The notes under the pieces: model-generated | Database searches by the model: none | Told to the model about the DNA's origin: nothing | The model's input: only the letters and a program-made list of their open reading frames with translations | Translations under genes and position numbers: made by a program | Shown here: piece by piece, positions 27,557-37,552 of the stretch | Layout of the letters: every line of letters begins with the position of its first letter | How positions within the stretch are numbered: the stretch's first letter is position 1 | Assembly: GCA_964563615.1 (NCBI GenBank) | Contig: CAZLWF010000005.1 | Span: 1-59,474, forward strand | From: an uncultured Candidatus Saccharibacteria bacterium | GTDB lineage: Bacteria; Patescibacteriota; Minisyncoccia; Phycocordibacterales; UBA9973 | Length of the DNA: 59,474 nucleotides | Direction of reading: 5' to 3'

Positions 27557-28000
27557 ATGCTTACTCAAGGACAAGAAGCGCCAGATTTTGCATTGCCAGA
27601 TGAGAAGGGCGAGATACATACACTCCATCAATACCAAGGAAATTGGCTATTGCTCTATTTTTATCCTAAAGATGATACGCCAGGCTGTACCAAAGAAGCC
27701 TGTTCGTTGCGCGACCATGCGCTCCAGTATGAGAAAAATGACACTATAGTTATAGGTATTTCTTCTGACTCTGGTGAGAGCCACAAACGCTTTATTGCAA
27801 AATACAAATTACCGTTTTTACTCCTGTCAGATAAAGGCAAAAAAGTCATTACAGCATATGGAGCAGCAAATGAGAACGGGGGAACAAAACGGATTTCATA
27901 TCTGATTGGACCAGACGGCATCATTGAAAAAACCTACTCACAGGTAAATCCAACAACCCACGCACAGGAAGTCCTCGCAGATATTGAGGCCCTTCGCTAA
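27557..28000 (+). CDS. bcp: Peroxiredoxin (BCP/PrxQ)
   Basis: LYFYPKDDTPGCTKEAC. Confidence 0.9.
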   Translation: MLTQGQEAPDFALPDEKGEIHTLHQYQGNWLLLYFYPKDDTPGCTKEACSLRDHALQYEKNDTIVIGISSDSGESHKRFIAKYKLPFLLLSDKGKKVITAYGAANENGGTKRISYLIGPDGIIEKTYSQVNPTTHAQEVLADIEALR

Positions 28001-28004
28001 TAAT

Positions 28005-28029
28005 AAAAACCCTGCCTTGCAGGGTTTTT
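28005..28029. terminator. Bidirectional intrinsic terminator
   Basis: aaaaaccctgc-ctt-gcagggttttt. Confidence 0.8.
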
Positions 28030-28041
28030 ATTATTAGCGAA

Positions 28042-28308
28042 CTATTGAATATTAGTATTCAAATCATCAAAATTCGTCGCGTCGAGATCTTCAGATATGT
28101 CATTGAGTTCATCAGAGTATGTATCATTTCCAGGCTGAATTGATGCTTCTTCCTGTATGACTGTTGGTGCTTCTACTTTTTCTCGTTGCATAAAAAAGTA
28201 CACGCCGCCCGCAATAATAATAGCGATGACAAGCACGATCGCAAGCGATGAGCCTTTTTTGTTCTCTGGCTCCATATTTGGCAAAGTGTTAGATGTTGTT
28301 GTATCCAT
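28042..28308 (-). CDS. Small single-pass membrane protein with acidic tail
   Basis: 88 aa with one TM helix and a D/E-rich C-terminus. Confidence 0.65.
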   Translation of the reverse strand: MDTTTSNTLPNMEPENKKGSSLAIVLVIAIIIAGGVYFFMQREKVEAPTVIQEEASIQPGNDTYSDELNDISEDLDATNFDDLNTNIQ

Positions 28309-28316
28309 ATAAATAA

Positions 28317-29129
28317 TTATTGTGTGCTAATTGCTTGATCAAGAGTAGTATTTGTTGTTGTATTGACTGGAATATTATTAGCTGCAGGTGAAATATTCGT
28401 AGTATTCTTTACTTGTCCAGAATTAGCTCCTGAAGCACCTAAGGCAGTTTTCATATTTTCAATAATAGCTGTTAGTGCCTTCTTTGCTATAGCAATTTCT
28501 TGTCGCAATGCCTCTGCTTTGCTTTTTAAGCTACCATCAGCAGCTGTATCTGTTGTCGCTGAAGCTTGAAGTGCTGCCAAATCACTTTCTGCAAGATCTA
28601 TAGCATTGTTAGCAGTTGCCAACATTGCTTCAAATGAACTCGTATCGCGACCCGTTGCTTGCACTTTGGCAATTCTACTTTCTATGCGGGTAGCAATCTC
28701 ATGTAATGTAACAATTGCATGAGTAAAACGCTCTGTTATATTTTCTCGAACTTTAATAATCTCCCCTGCTTTCTCTTCGCCAAATTTTTGACTGAGCATG
28801 TCTTTGTGCGCAGCGAGACTTGATTTAAACTCAGCTGTATCACCTTCCATTTTCGTCACTCGTGATTGCATAAGCTTTTCTATCTCAGCCCTATTGCGAG
28901 GAACCGGCATGGTCTTGGTCTGATTATTTGACAAAGGCAGCAGTTTGGTTTTTGAACCTAGTGTGTTGGTATTAATTCCCATAGGTACATCCACCTCAGT
29001 ATTGGCCGTCGTGACACTTTGAGTTTCAAACTTTGGCGGCATCATACTGTTGCTCGGCAATCCAATCGCATGAGCACCATGAGCGGAAACCATAAAGACC
29101 ATAACAAAAATAGCAATATATGTTTTCAT
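28317..29129 (-). CDS. Secreted alpha-helical/coiled-coil protein
   Basis: Signal-peptide-like N-terminus and an A/K/E-rich helical core (RIESRIAKVQATGRDTS). Confidence 0.65.
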   Translation of the reverse strand: MKTYIAIFVMVFMVSAHGAHAIGLPSNSMMPPKFETQSVTTANTEVDVPMGINTNTLGSKTKLLPLSNNQTKTMPVPRNRAEIEKLMQSRVTKMEGDTAEFKSSLAAHKDMLSQKFGEEKAGEIIKVRENITERFTHAIVTLHEIATRIESRIAKVQATGRDTSSFEAMLATANNAIDLAESDLAALQASATTDTAADGSLKSKAEALRQEIAIAKKALTAIIENMKTALGASGANSGQVKNTTNISPAANNIPVNTTTNTTLDQAISTQ

Positions 29130-29207
29130 TTGTATGTAATTAAATTATAAGAGGCACCATAAGATAGAACTTACAGCTACCAATACAAGTATAGCAAACA
29201 AAGCAAA

Positions 29208-29984
29208 CTAGCTATCCACATCTTTAGGGTTTCGCGACGGGGTAGCAGCAAGACCTTTCCAGACTTGTTCCCATTCTGCAAGCTCTTCATAATGCACTTT
29301 CCTATAGAGAGAAAAAGCTAGAGGTGTTTCTATTTCCATGCTTTTATTTTCTTTTGTTTTCATGCCAAAAAATAAGAGTGGGTCAACAGCAACTATTATA
29401 TCTTTCTTGCGAAACTCCATCTGGACGTGCACATGAGAAATAGTGCCATGTATGTTCCCTGTCTTTCCAACGCGCCCAAGTGCACGAGTAGCTTTAATAG
29501 GTAAAAGTGGATAGGTATGAAAACTTATTTCACGCAGAAACTTCTGACGACGAGTAAACTTAACAGTAAACTTCGACAAATGCATATACAGGCTATACAG
29601 TACAAAGCCATCTTCGGTTTTTATTTCTGGATGTGATAACAATACGTACTTGCCATTTGTTTCGTTAAATCCAGAGTACTCAAAAATACCTGGCGCTATT
29701 GGATAGACCAAGGTTCCAGATCGGTTCGGAATATCTATACCAACATGAAAATAATTTGACTTGTGTTTGATAGGATGAAAGCGAAAACCAAAATAGCCAA
29801 AATGTGCATCAATCTCTCGGTTACCGCGTTTGATTGGAAATTGCAATCCATCTAATCCTTTGGTTACTTTATATAATTTCTCCCAGAATTTTTTATCTTT
29901 GTCTGGAATATAGTGCTCAATTTTAGACGCATAGACGCCGGGGCGTTTTTGTATATGCTCTCCAATTGGTGGCAACAAAGTCAC
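29208..29984 (-). CDS. M23 family metallopeptidase
   Basis: HVGID (HxxxD), YMHLS and SHVHV. GTG start. Confidence 0.85.
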   Translation of the reverse strand: MTLLPPIGEHIQKRPGVYASKIEHYIPDKDKKFWEKLYKVTKGLDGLQFPIKRGNREIDAHFGYFGFRFHPIKHKSNYFHVGIDIPNRSGTLVYPIAPGIFEYSGFNETNGKYVLLSHPEIKTEDGFVLYSLYMHLSKFTVKFTRRQKFLREISFHTYPLLPIKATRALGRVGKTGNIHGTISHVHVQMEFRKKDIIVAVDPLLFFGMKTKENKSMEIETPLAFSLYRKVHYEELAEWEQVWKGLAATPSRNPKDVDS

Positions 29985-30046
29985 AATACTTAGAGTATAC
30001 TCCAGGTGTTTTCGGTTACCAACTTACCTTCAATAAACCTACTTTC

Positions 30047-30724
30047 TTAGCTATTTTTCTCAACAGCAACAACCTCGCCATCGCGGAGTGTAATAATTCG
30101 ATTTGCCAAATGGGCATATTCATCTTCGTGAGTAACCATGATGATAGTCTGCCCTTCTTTATGTAAATCTATAAAGGCATCAAGCACTGCACGAGACGTC
30201 TCACTATCTAGGTTTGCCGTTGGCTCATCAGCAAAAATAATTTTTGGGTTATGTGCTATCGCACGTGCGATGGCAACACGCTGCTGTTGCCCTCCTGATA
30301 ACTGTGACGGCAAACTGTGTAAACGATTACCAAGCCCCACACGTTCGAGCGCATGCTCAGACGCAAGTATCGCTTCGGATGTTGCTGCACCTTGCATCAA
30401 AAGCGGCAAGCTCACATTCTCTACTGCAGTGAGTGAAGGTAATATTGCGTAATCTTGAAAAACGTAGCCCAGATTTGCAAGACGAAATTCTGTTCGCTCA
30501 TGACTGGAGAGATCATTAGTCGCAATACTGTCAATAAAAATTGTGCCACTTGTTGGATGATCTAATAATCCTAGTTGATACAAAAGCGTACTCTTCCCTG
30601 ATCCAGATCGACCAGTGATAGCGATAAATTCTCCAGTCTCGACTCTAATATCAATATTTCGAAGCGCAGTAACAGGGCCTGCGCCGCTTTGAAATGTTTT
30701 AGTTAATTGTTTTGTTTCAATCAT
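30047..30724 (-). CDS. ABC transporter ATP-binding protein (LolD/MacB-like)
   Basis: GRSGSGKST, LSGGQQQRVAIAR, FADEPTANLD and VTHE. Start set at MIETKQ. Confidence 0.92.
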   Translation of the reverse strand: MIETKQLTKTFQSGAGPVTALRNIDIRVETGEFIAITGRSGSGKSTLLYQLGLLDHPTSGTIFIDSIATNDLSSHERTEFRLANLGYVFQDYAILPSLTAVENVSLPLLMQGAATSEAILASEHALERVGLGNRLHSLPSQLSGGQQQRVAIARAIAHNPKIIFADEPTANLDSETSRAVLDAFIDLHKEGQTIIMVTHEDEYAHLANRIITLRDGEVVAVEKNS

Positions 30725-30728
30725 ATAA

Positions 30729-32009
30729 TTACCTGCCAAGTATGGCATCAAGTGTATTTTGTTTAATAACAATTCTCGCAGGGATGTAGCCAGCAATTAT
30801 AGTTGCTACAAAAAGTATAATTGCTCGCACCATTGTCCCCGATATCGTGGCTACTAAAATACCATCTGAAAATGGAAAATCAATTGGATGTGCTGCAATG
30901 AGAGGTTTAAGCATAAGAAATACGATGAGTACTCCAAATCCAACACCCGCCATTGAATAAAACAGCGACTGCATAACATACGAGAATTGTATTGCTTGCC
31001 CAGAAATGCCAATACCTTTCAAAATACCAATAAATCGTCTGCGGGTAATGGCATTAACGAAAATAACAATGAAGATGGTAATTGATGCTACCGCAAGACC
31101 AATTGATCCGATAATATTTCCAATGAGTGCAAACGTGAGCTTTATATCTTTGAGAAATTTTGGCTGAGCTTCTTGCCAAGTTTGAATGCGGGCATTTTCA
31201 GAAACCCCCGAAGCGACGAGTGCTGCCTTGAACTCATCTGCCATCTTTGGGTCTGCAAGTTTTATCACAATTTCATCAAGATTCAGATCGCTTCGACCGA
31301 TTAATTTCCTGATTTCTGTATCAAGCATAAAAATTCTCGAATCAACTTCACCCACTTTGCCTTTGATAATACCTTTTACAATAACTTCACGAGAATTACC
31401 AGCAATATTGAGCCGCACCTTTGATCCAACTTCTACATTTTTGAGTGTTTGAAATCCTGGAGAATCAATTGGGGTATATTTAAAAAGTAAATCACCTCCT
31501 ATTAAAATACTATCAGTATCACCTGGCTCTAAGTATTCCCCCTCTACAACGAGCGACCCAAGCCCAGTAACTTTATCTTCATTAACTGGATCAATACCAG
31601 CCACTAGTCCGCCAGCACTGCTAACGACTTGATTGGGCTTGAGTGTGTCTTTGTAATTTGATTCAATTTTACCGCCTTGAGTATAACGGCCCGTATAGGC
31701 CACAAAACCTGGTACGGTTTTTATAATATTAATTATTTCAGAACTTTGGTCGATATAAGAGCGATCAGAAAATGGCGAGATGATAATGTCACTCGTATAG
31801 TGAATTTTATTTGCCTCTTCAGAACCTTGGATAAGGCCAACGAGGATACCCGAGACAACGATAAGATTCAGAAATGTAAGTGTCATCACAAAAATAATAA
31901 GTCCTGTCGTCCATTTATTTGCATGGATAATATCTCGGTAAGCCAAAAAAGCCCCAACCTTAAGGGATATTTTGGTCTTCGCAAATTTACTCATACTCGT
32001 TTTCTGCAT
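30729..32009 (-). CDS. ABC transporter permease (FtsX/MacB/LolE-like)
   Basis: One TM helix, a large extracytoplasmic domain and three TM helices, with RRRFIGILKGIG and YIPARIV. Confidence 0.88.
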   Translation of the reverse strand: MQKTSMSKFAKTKISLKVGAFLAYRDIIHANKWTTGLIIFVMTLTFLNLIVVSGILVGLIQGSEEANKIHYTSDIIISPFSDRSYIDQSSEIINIIKTVPGFVAYTGRYTQGGKIESNYKDTLKPNQVVSSAGGLVAGIDPVNEDKVTGLGSLVVEGEYLEPGDTDSILIGGDLLFKYTPIDSPGFQTLKNVEVGSKVRLNIAGNSREVIVKGIIKGKVGEVDSRIFMLDTEIRKLIGRSDLNLDEIVIKLADPKMADEFKAALVASGVSENARIQTWQEAQPKFLKDIKLTFALIGNIIGSIGLAVASITIFIVIFVNAITRRRFIGILKGIGISGQAIQFSYVMQSLFYSMAGVGFGVLIVFLMLKPLIAAHPIDFPFSDGILVATISGTMVRAIILFVATIIAGYIPARIVIKQNTLDAILGR

Positions 32010-32072
32010 ACATCGTACTATAGCAGAAAATGTATAGATTGATACACTGTGCTAGGTGTATTTAATTCCACG

Positions 32073-33809
32073 CTATATCTGTGGACAGTACTCCCACAAA
32101 TCTTTTTTATAATTATTTGAGCCAGACATTCCCGTTCCTAAATATCCCCTACTACCAATACTAAAAGCAATAGCATTTTTGCGCGCTGTTCCTGCAAAGT
32201 CGGCTTTTTGAGTCCAAGAGTCTAGTGTCGAGTCATATTCCCAGAAGTCTTTCAGAGTACTGTTATCCGTATTGCCTGTTCCAACATATCCCTTACTTCC
32301 AATAGTGAAGCCAACTGCCTCAGTGCGAGCTGCTCCTCCAAAGTCGGCTTTTTGCGTCCAGGTATTTCCTGTAGGATCGTATTCCCAGAAGTCTTTCTTT
32401 TTACCAAAATCATCTTCACCAGTTCCAAGATATCCTTTTCCATTCAATGCAAAGCCAATTGCGTCACTGCGACCAGCTCCCGCAAAGTCGGCTTTTTGCG
32501 TCCAGGTATTTACCAAAGGATCGTATGCCCAGAAAAAATTATTACTTGGGCCATTCATATTATGCCCGGTCCCAATATATTCTTTAGAATTTAAAGAAAA
32601 AGCCACACTACGATGCCAACCAATAATATTGGCACTAGCTTTCTGTGTCCAGGTATTAAGTAGTGGATTATATTCCCACATATCATCAAAAGGGCCAGTG
32701 GTCCAATTTATACCAGTTCCCACATATCCTTTATCGCCAATTTTTAAACCAACAGCTGCCATGCGCGCTGTTCCTGCAAAATCGGCTTTCTGCGTCCAGG
32801 TATTTGCAAGTTGGTCATATTGCCAGAAATCTTTATAAAATTTATTTGTTCCACCATTGTATGCATATCCCGTTCCTATATATCCTTTGTTATCAATAGA
32901 AAAACCGATAGCTTCATGGCGACCAGAACCTCCTAAATCTGCTTTCTGAGCCCAAGTATTGGGTGTACAAGCTGCGGGGGCGACATTAACTGTTATTTGT
33001 GCAGTTGCTGTATTTGCCGTACCAACTGCAGTCAATTTAAATACTGTTGTTTGAGTAAGCGGCGACGTAGTAACTGAACCTTGGATTATCGTTGGTGTGA
33101 TGGAACCAATACCTTGATCAATTAGCCCGGTATTGCAATTTGCTGTTTTCCAATTGAGTGTTGTTGTCTGTGCGTAGGCAATCGTTAGTGGAGTGGCATT
33201 AAAAAGCAAGATGGTGCACTGCGGCGGCGGAATGACTGTTATTGTTTTTGTAGCTGTCGCAGTATTGGTAGCATTTGATGCAGTTAGGGTAAATACTGTT
33301 GTTTGAGTTAAATTACCTGTAGAAATAGAACCATTGACTGGCACAGTAGTAATCGTAGGAGAAATAGAGGCATTCGTACAATTTTGTGTAGCCCAAGATA
33401 GGACAGATGCTGTATTGTAGGCAATTGAGATTGGGTTGGCTATAAAAGAATTAATACTACAGACTGACGGAGTGCCTACGGTGACGGTAGTATACGCAGT
33501 TGCACTATTGGCATCCCCTACTGCTGTTAGTGTATAAGTTTTTGTGACTGAGAGTGGGCCTGTTGAAACAGAACCAGAAGGCAGTGGAGAAGAAATAACT
33601 GAAGTAGAGCCTTGAGTGACAAGGTTGGTCATGCACCCTGTGGTAACCCATTTAAGTGACGATGACCCACCAGAACTTACTGAAGCAGGTACAGCTTTAA
33701 ATGATGTAATAGCACATGGAGTAAGTGTTTCGTCATCCGCTGAAACAGTAAAAGGGTTACAATAGATAAAAGCTACTACTATAAGGACTCCCCAAAATAT
33801 TTTTTTCAT
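32073..33809 (-). CDS. Secreted protein with three Ig-like repeats and a six-bladed Kelch propeller
   Basis: Signal peptide, three C-x-I-x-x-F-x-A-x-P repeats, and six W(T/A)QKA...GYxGTG repeats. Confidence 0.85.
   Translation of the reverse strand: MKKIFWGVLIVVAFIYCNPFTVSADDETLTPCAITSFKAVPASVSSGGSSSLKWVTTGCMTNLVTQGSTSVISSPLPSGSVSTGPLSVTKTYTLTAVGDANSATAYTTVTVGTPSVCSINSFIANPISIAYNTASVLSWATQNCTNASISPTITTVPVNGSISTGNLTQTTVFTLTASNATNTATATKTITVIPPPQCTILLFNATPLTIAYAQTTTLNWKTANCNTGLIDQGIGSITPTIIQGSVTTSPLTQTTVFKLTAVGTANTATAQITVNVAPAACTPNTWAQKADLGGSGRHEAIGFSIDNKGYIGTGYAYNGGTNKFYKDFWQYDQLANTWTQKADFAGTARMAAVGLKIGDKGYVGTGINWTTGPFDDMWEYNPLLNTWTQKASANIIGWHRSVAFSLNSKEYIGTGHNMNGPSNNFFWAYDPLVNTWTQKADFAGAGRSDAIGFALNGKGYLGTGEDDFGKKKDFWEYDPTGNTWTQKADFGGAARTEAVGFTIGSKGYVGTGNTDNSTLKDFWEYDSTLDSWTQKADFAGTARKNAIAFSIGSRGYLGTGMSGSNNYKKDLWEYCPQI
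32341..32511. repeat. Intragenic Kelch-repeat duplication
   Basis: The 27 bp aagtcggctttttgcgtccaggtattt is identical at 32341-32367 and 32485-32511, 144 bp apart. Further degenerate copies flank it. Confidence 0.9.
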
Positions 33810-33854
33810 AAGCGCGTTATATCATATGTGTATTATTTGTCAAATTTGGAGCAG

Positions 33855-33883
33855 TTGACTTATTCTAGAATTTAAGGTACAAC
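33855..33883 (+). promoter_or_regulatory. Sigma70 promoter of 33960-35576
   Basis: TTGACT-17 nt-TACAAC. Confidence 0.55.
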
Positions 33884-33959
33884 GTTACCAAGCTGTTACT
33901 CGCGCCTGGACCTTTCCTTGCGGATAAAGAGCAGTTTTTTTACAAAAAAATAACAAGAG

Positions 33960-35576
33960 ATGAAAAAGATTTTCTCACTTACATTAGGGGCAATGCTTTG
34001 CCTTACACTTTTTTTCACCGCACCAGCGATGGCACAATCAGCACCAAACGTCGAATGGCAGAAAAGTCTCGGCGGAACAAAAAGTGAAGTTTTCAATAAG
34101 GTGTTTCAAACACCCGATGGTGGACAGCTATCCATAGGATATGCATTCTCAAATGATGGGAATGTATCCGACAATCACAGCAACAATGGCTCCGATGCAT
34201 GGATTGTGAAAACTAACTCCATGGGAGATATCCAATGGCAGAAATGCCTCGGTGGAAACAAAAACGAAGCCTTCCTTGGTGGCACTCCACTCAGTAATGG
34301 AAACTGGGCATTCGTTGGATATACATCTACACAAAATAACACTGATGATGTAAAAGATAAGCATGGCAACGACACAATAAATGACATATGGGTTGTCATA
34401 ACTGATCCCAACGCTAATATTATAGTCCAAAAATGTCTGGGTGGCGCCTTAAGTGAAGTGGGTAATTCTGTCATTGAAATAGATGGAGGTGACATATTGG
34501 TTGCTGGATACACAGAGTCGAGCGACGGAGATGTTACCGGACACAAAGGTGGTAAAGATGCATGGGTTGTCAGACTTACCTCAAGCCTCGGTGTCGTTTG
34601 GAGCAAAACCTACGGCGGAAGTGATGATGACTATGCGAACGAGCTATTTTATTATGCAGGAAAATGTGCTTTTGCTGGGGCATTCAAATCTGCAGATGGT
34701 GACATCACAGACTGGGGCTACGAAAATGCTGGCGGATTTGATGGAATAGCACTCCACTTTTCGCCCACTAATGGTAACATCGCTGCACTTACAGCATGGG
34801 GAGGTAGTAATGATGATTATCTTACTTGCGTCGCATTAGGAACAGACAATAACCTTATGTTTGCCGGAGCAAGTAATTCTGGGGATGGAAATATACCGGA
34901 AAACAAAGGTGAAGCTGACTGTCTCAACGTACAACTTGATCAAGAAGGAACCAGCTGGTATTTCACCACAACTGATGGCGGAAGTGACATTGATAGTGTG
35001 ATGGCAATCTGCACGGTAAATCAATTCTTCATTGAAGCTGGCGCTTCCCGTTCAAATGACGGAGATGTTACCGAGAATAAAGGCGGATACGACGTCAGAT
35101 TGACTGAAAAATTGCTTGAGGATGGAACAGTTGTGTGGGATAAGACCTATGGTGGAAGCGGTGATGACTATGCAAATAGCATTGCTTCGGCTGGAAGTGG
35201 TAGTTATTTTGTTGCTGGAGCTACAAGCTCTACTGACATTGATACAATGACCAACCACGGTGAACTTGATGGATTATTGATCAAATTCTCTGGCGATTTC
35301 GGAACCAACACTCCAGCCATTGCAAACGAAGATGTGTTTGCGGTGAATATTTATCCAAACCCAACTTCTGACTTAGTGACTATTTCCTTCAATGGAATGG
35401 CACCAACAGAATTTGCATTGTTCAAGACAAACGGTCAACTCATCACCCGGGAGAATGTGGCACTCGGAACACAGCAGATGACATTTGATCTAAAGAACTT
35501 TGCAGCCGGTACATATACTTTCCGTTTTGCTGGCAACGGAAAGGCATATATAGAACGAGTTGTAGTTGCAAAATAA
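33960..35576 (+). CDS. Secreted beta-propeller protein with T9SS type-A C-terminal sorting domain
   Basis: Signal peptide and repeated W(Q/S/D)K(S/C/T)(L/Y)GG blades. The C-terminus reads VNIYPNPTSDLVTI...NGQLI...DLKNFAAGTYTFRF...IERVVVAK. Confidence 0.85.
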   Translation: MKKIFSLTLGAMLCLTLFFTAPAMAQSAPNVEWQKSLGGTKSEVFNKVFQTPDGGQLSIGYAFSNDGNVSDNHSNNGSDAWIVKTNSMGDIQWQKCLGGNKNEAFLGGTPLSNGNWAFVGYTSTQNNTDDVKDKHGNDTINDIWVVITDPNANIIVQKCLGGALSEVGNSVIEIDGGDILVAGYTESSDGDVTGHKGGKDAWVVRLTSSLGVVWSKTYGGSDDDYANELFYYAGKCAFAGAFKSADGDITDWGYENAGGFDGIALHFSPTNGNIAALTAWGGSNDDYLTCVALGTDNNLMFAGASNSGDGNIPENKGEADCLNVQLDQEGTSWYFTTTDGGSDIDSVMAICTVNQFFIEAGASRSNDGDVTENKGGYDVRLTEKLLEDGTVVWDKTYGGSGDDYANSIASAGSGSYFVAGATSSTDIDTMTNHGELDGLLIKFSGDFGTNTPAIANEDVFAVNIYPNPTSDLVTISFNGMAPTEFALFKTNGQLITRENVALGTQQMTFDLKNFAAGTYTFRFAGNGKAYIERVVVAK

Positions 35577-35594
35577 AAACAGCCAGACGCGTAC

Positions 35595-35627
35595 AAACCT
35601 TCCTGAGGAAATCAGGAAGGTTTTTTT
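35595..35627. terminator. Intrinsic terminator
   Basis: aaaccttcctga-ggaaa-tcaggaaggttt followed by T's. Confidence 0.85.
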
Positions 35628-35684
35628 ATTTCCGGAAATGGCACGAACTATTTATTTTAATTTTTCTCAATTCAAAAGAAGAAT

Positions 35685-36722
35685 CTACAAAATCGGTTCT
35701 CGTTGTTGTGGCTTGTACCAATGATGTTCGATCGTATATTCGTCATAGCCATGGGTAAACGTTGCGATTGCAGTACCGATAAGGATAAGATGTGGCCACA
35801 CCGCTTCTCCGAAAAAGAGAAGTGACATCGTCAAAAACGAGAGGAAGAAAAGCGAAGTGAATCGTATTTCAAATCCAATCATAAAGAAAAATCCAATGAG
35901 AAGTTCAAGCGTAAACGCACCGAAAACGAGAAACATCGGATCAAATGGAAAGTAGTTTGTTAGGTGATATTTGGCGACCGTATCAAGTGCAAGTGTGCCA
36001 TGAAGAAACTTGGCGTAGCAGGAAGCAAACATAAGCGATATACCAAAAAGTATTCGCATAATGAGGAAGCTATACGGCCGTATATGAGCTGCCATTTGAG
36101 TCAGCATTATTGACCATGACGTAGGCTTTGAGTATATGCGATATGCACCACCAAAAATAACGAGGACTGTCGCTTCGCCCAGGTAAGTAAAGTAGCTAAC
36201 CATGTAGATTCCTTTTTTAGAAAGCATATAGAGAAAAAGCAATCCAACGACAAAGCTTCCAATTCGAGGAAAGAACCCAAAAAGTACTGAGACACCTACA
36301 GTATAGACAATAAATTGGAATAAGATTGTTTGTACTGGAAAGAAATAACTGAACGGCAATTCCAATCCAAAAATTGATCCATAGTATGCGCTTGCGATGA
36401 GCGCCAATCCGAAAGTCGCCTGGGCAATGTGACCTGCATATGGCTTTATTTTAAATAAGAAGGGATCAATCTTGCGTTCGAGCCATTTTGAAATTGAAAG
36501 GAAAAAGACAAGTGTAATACTAATGCAGACGACGAAACCCCAAAAAAGAAATTCATAGGTATGCCCTAAAACAACTTGTCTAAAATTGAGCGCCGGTGCT
36601 TGGAGAGCACTCGTTACCTCCTCTGTATTTAAAACATAGACTTCGTGTGCACGAGCTATGTACGGCAATATGATAGCGCTGATACTACCAAGGATGAGGC
36701 CAAAACGTTTTGAGAGTTGCAT
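35685..36722 (-). CDS. DoxX-like multi-pass membrane protein
   Basis: Two internally similar halves (MRILFGISL...YAKFL...LELLIG) and EAVWPHLILIG. Confidence 0.65.
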   Translation of the reverse strand: MQLSKRFGLILGSISAIILPYIARAHEVYVLNTEEVTSALQAPALNFRQVVLGHTYEFLFWGFVVCISITLVFFLSISKWLERKIDPFLFKIKPYAGHIAQATFGLALIASAYYGSIFGLELPFSYFFPVQTILFQFIVYTVGVSVLFGFFPRIGSFVVGLLFLYMLSKKGIYMVSYFTYLGEATVLVIFGGAYRIYSKPTSWSIMLTQMAAHIRPYSFLIMRILFGISLMFASCYAKFLHGTLALDTVAKYHLTNYFPFDPMFLVFGAFTLELLIGFFFMIGFEIRFTSLFFLSFLTMSLLFFGEAVWPHLILIGTAIATFTHGYDEYTIEHHWYKPQQREPIL

Positions 36723-36748
36723 AGAAAAAGTATACCAGGAAAAAGAAC

Positions 36749-37441
36749 TTATTTGTAATTTTTATATGCTGCAATTTCACCTTTACGAAAAGCATTGACG
36801 AGCAAGTGAGCTTGGCGTGTTGGTTCCGGCAACCGATATCCTCGTGCTAGTTCAAGTGCGATGTCACGCGCATTATCTATCGACATTTGATTGCCCGGAG
36901 AAATAAACATTGGCTTCACATTAGTTTTTGTACGAAGAACTGTACCGATTACATCTCGAGTCTTTGGATCATAGAGATATGCATAACTTCCCTTTTCATG
37001 TTTTGGTTCATCGTAGGTGCCATATAATTTTTTCTTAGCTGCACCAAGCGTCGAGATATTAATGGCAAGTCCAAAGTGGGCAGCAATACCGAGTCTTCTT
37101 GGATGCGCGACCCCATGACCATCAACCATGATGGCATCAGGAATGTGTTTAATCTTTTTCCATACTTCTAGAAGCGGTGGAATTTCACGAAATGAAAGTA
37201 ACCCTGGCACATATGGAAAATTGACTTCCATCTTCACACACGAGTGTTCAATAGGTATGAGGTCAGGATATGATAGTACGATGATGCCAGCATAAACATC
37301 TTTTTCATATTTATTAAACGACACATCAGCTCCTGCAATCATTTTTATTGGCACTGCAAGTGGAGTAAGGTCAACATGTCCTTCTAATTTTTTCTGGATT
37401 TGAAATGCTTCTTTTGGTGTGACGTTCCATGCGTGTTTCAT
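36749..37441 (-). CDS. nfi: Endonuclease V
   Basis: AGADVSF, FPYVPGLLSFREIP, MVDGHGVAHPRRLGIA, FISPG and RLPEPTRQAH. Confidence 0.95.
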   Translation of the reverse strand: MKHAWNVTPKEAFQIQKKLEGHVDLTPLAVPIKMIAGADVSFNKYEKDVYAGIIVLSYPDLIPIEHSCVKMEVNFPYVPGLLSFREIPPLLEVWKKIKHIPDAIMVDGHGVAHPRRLGIAAHFGLAINISTLGAAKKKLYGTYDEPKHEKGSYAYLYDPKTRDVIGTVLRTKTNVKPMFISPGNQMSIDNARDIALELARGYRLPEPTRQAHLLVNAFRKGEIAAYKNYK

Positions 37442-37552
37442 CGTAGAAGTATACTATTGCAATCATCAAGTGGAAAACGTCATTGACGAGGCTTTGCTAC
37501 ATACTACAATATTAGAAGGCCGAATTTATTAAAGTATTACACTTATAATTAT

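Noticed and set aside
32272-32838. 188-aa antisense ORF with repeated motifs
   Set aside because: It is a shadow of the repetitive Kelch coding strand.
32190-32960. Regularly spaced DNA repeats as a possible CRISPR array
   Set aside because: The period is about 144-156 bp, in frame within an ORF, and the copies are degenerate at codon level. These are Kelch repeats, and no cas genes are present.
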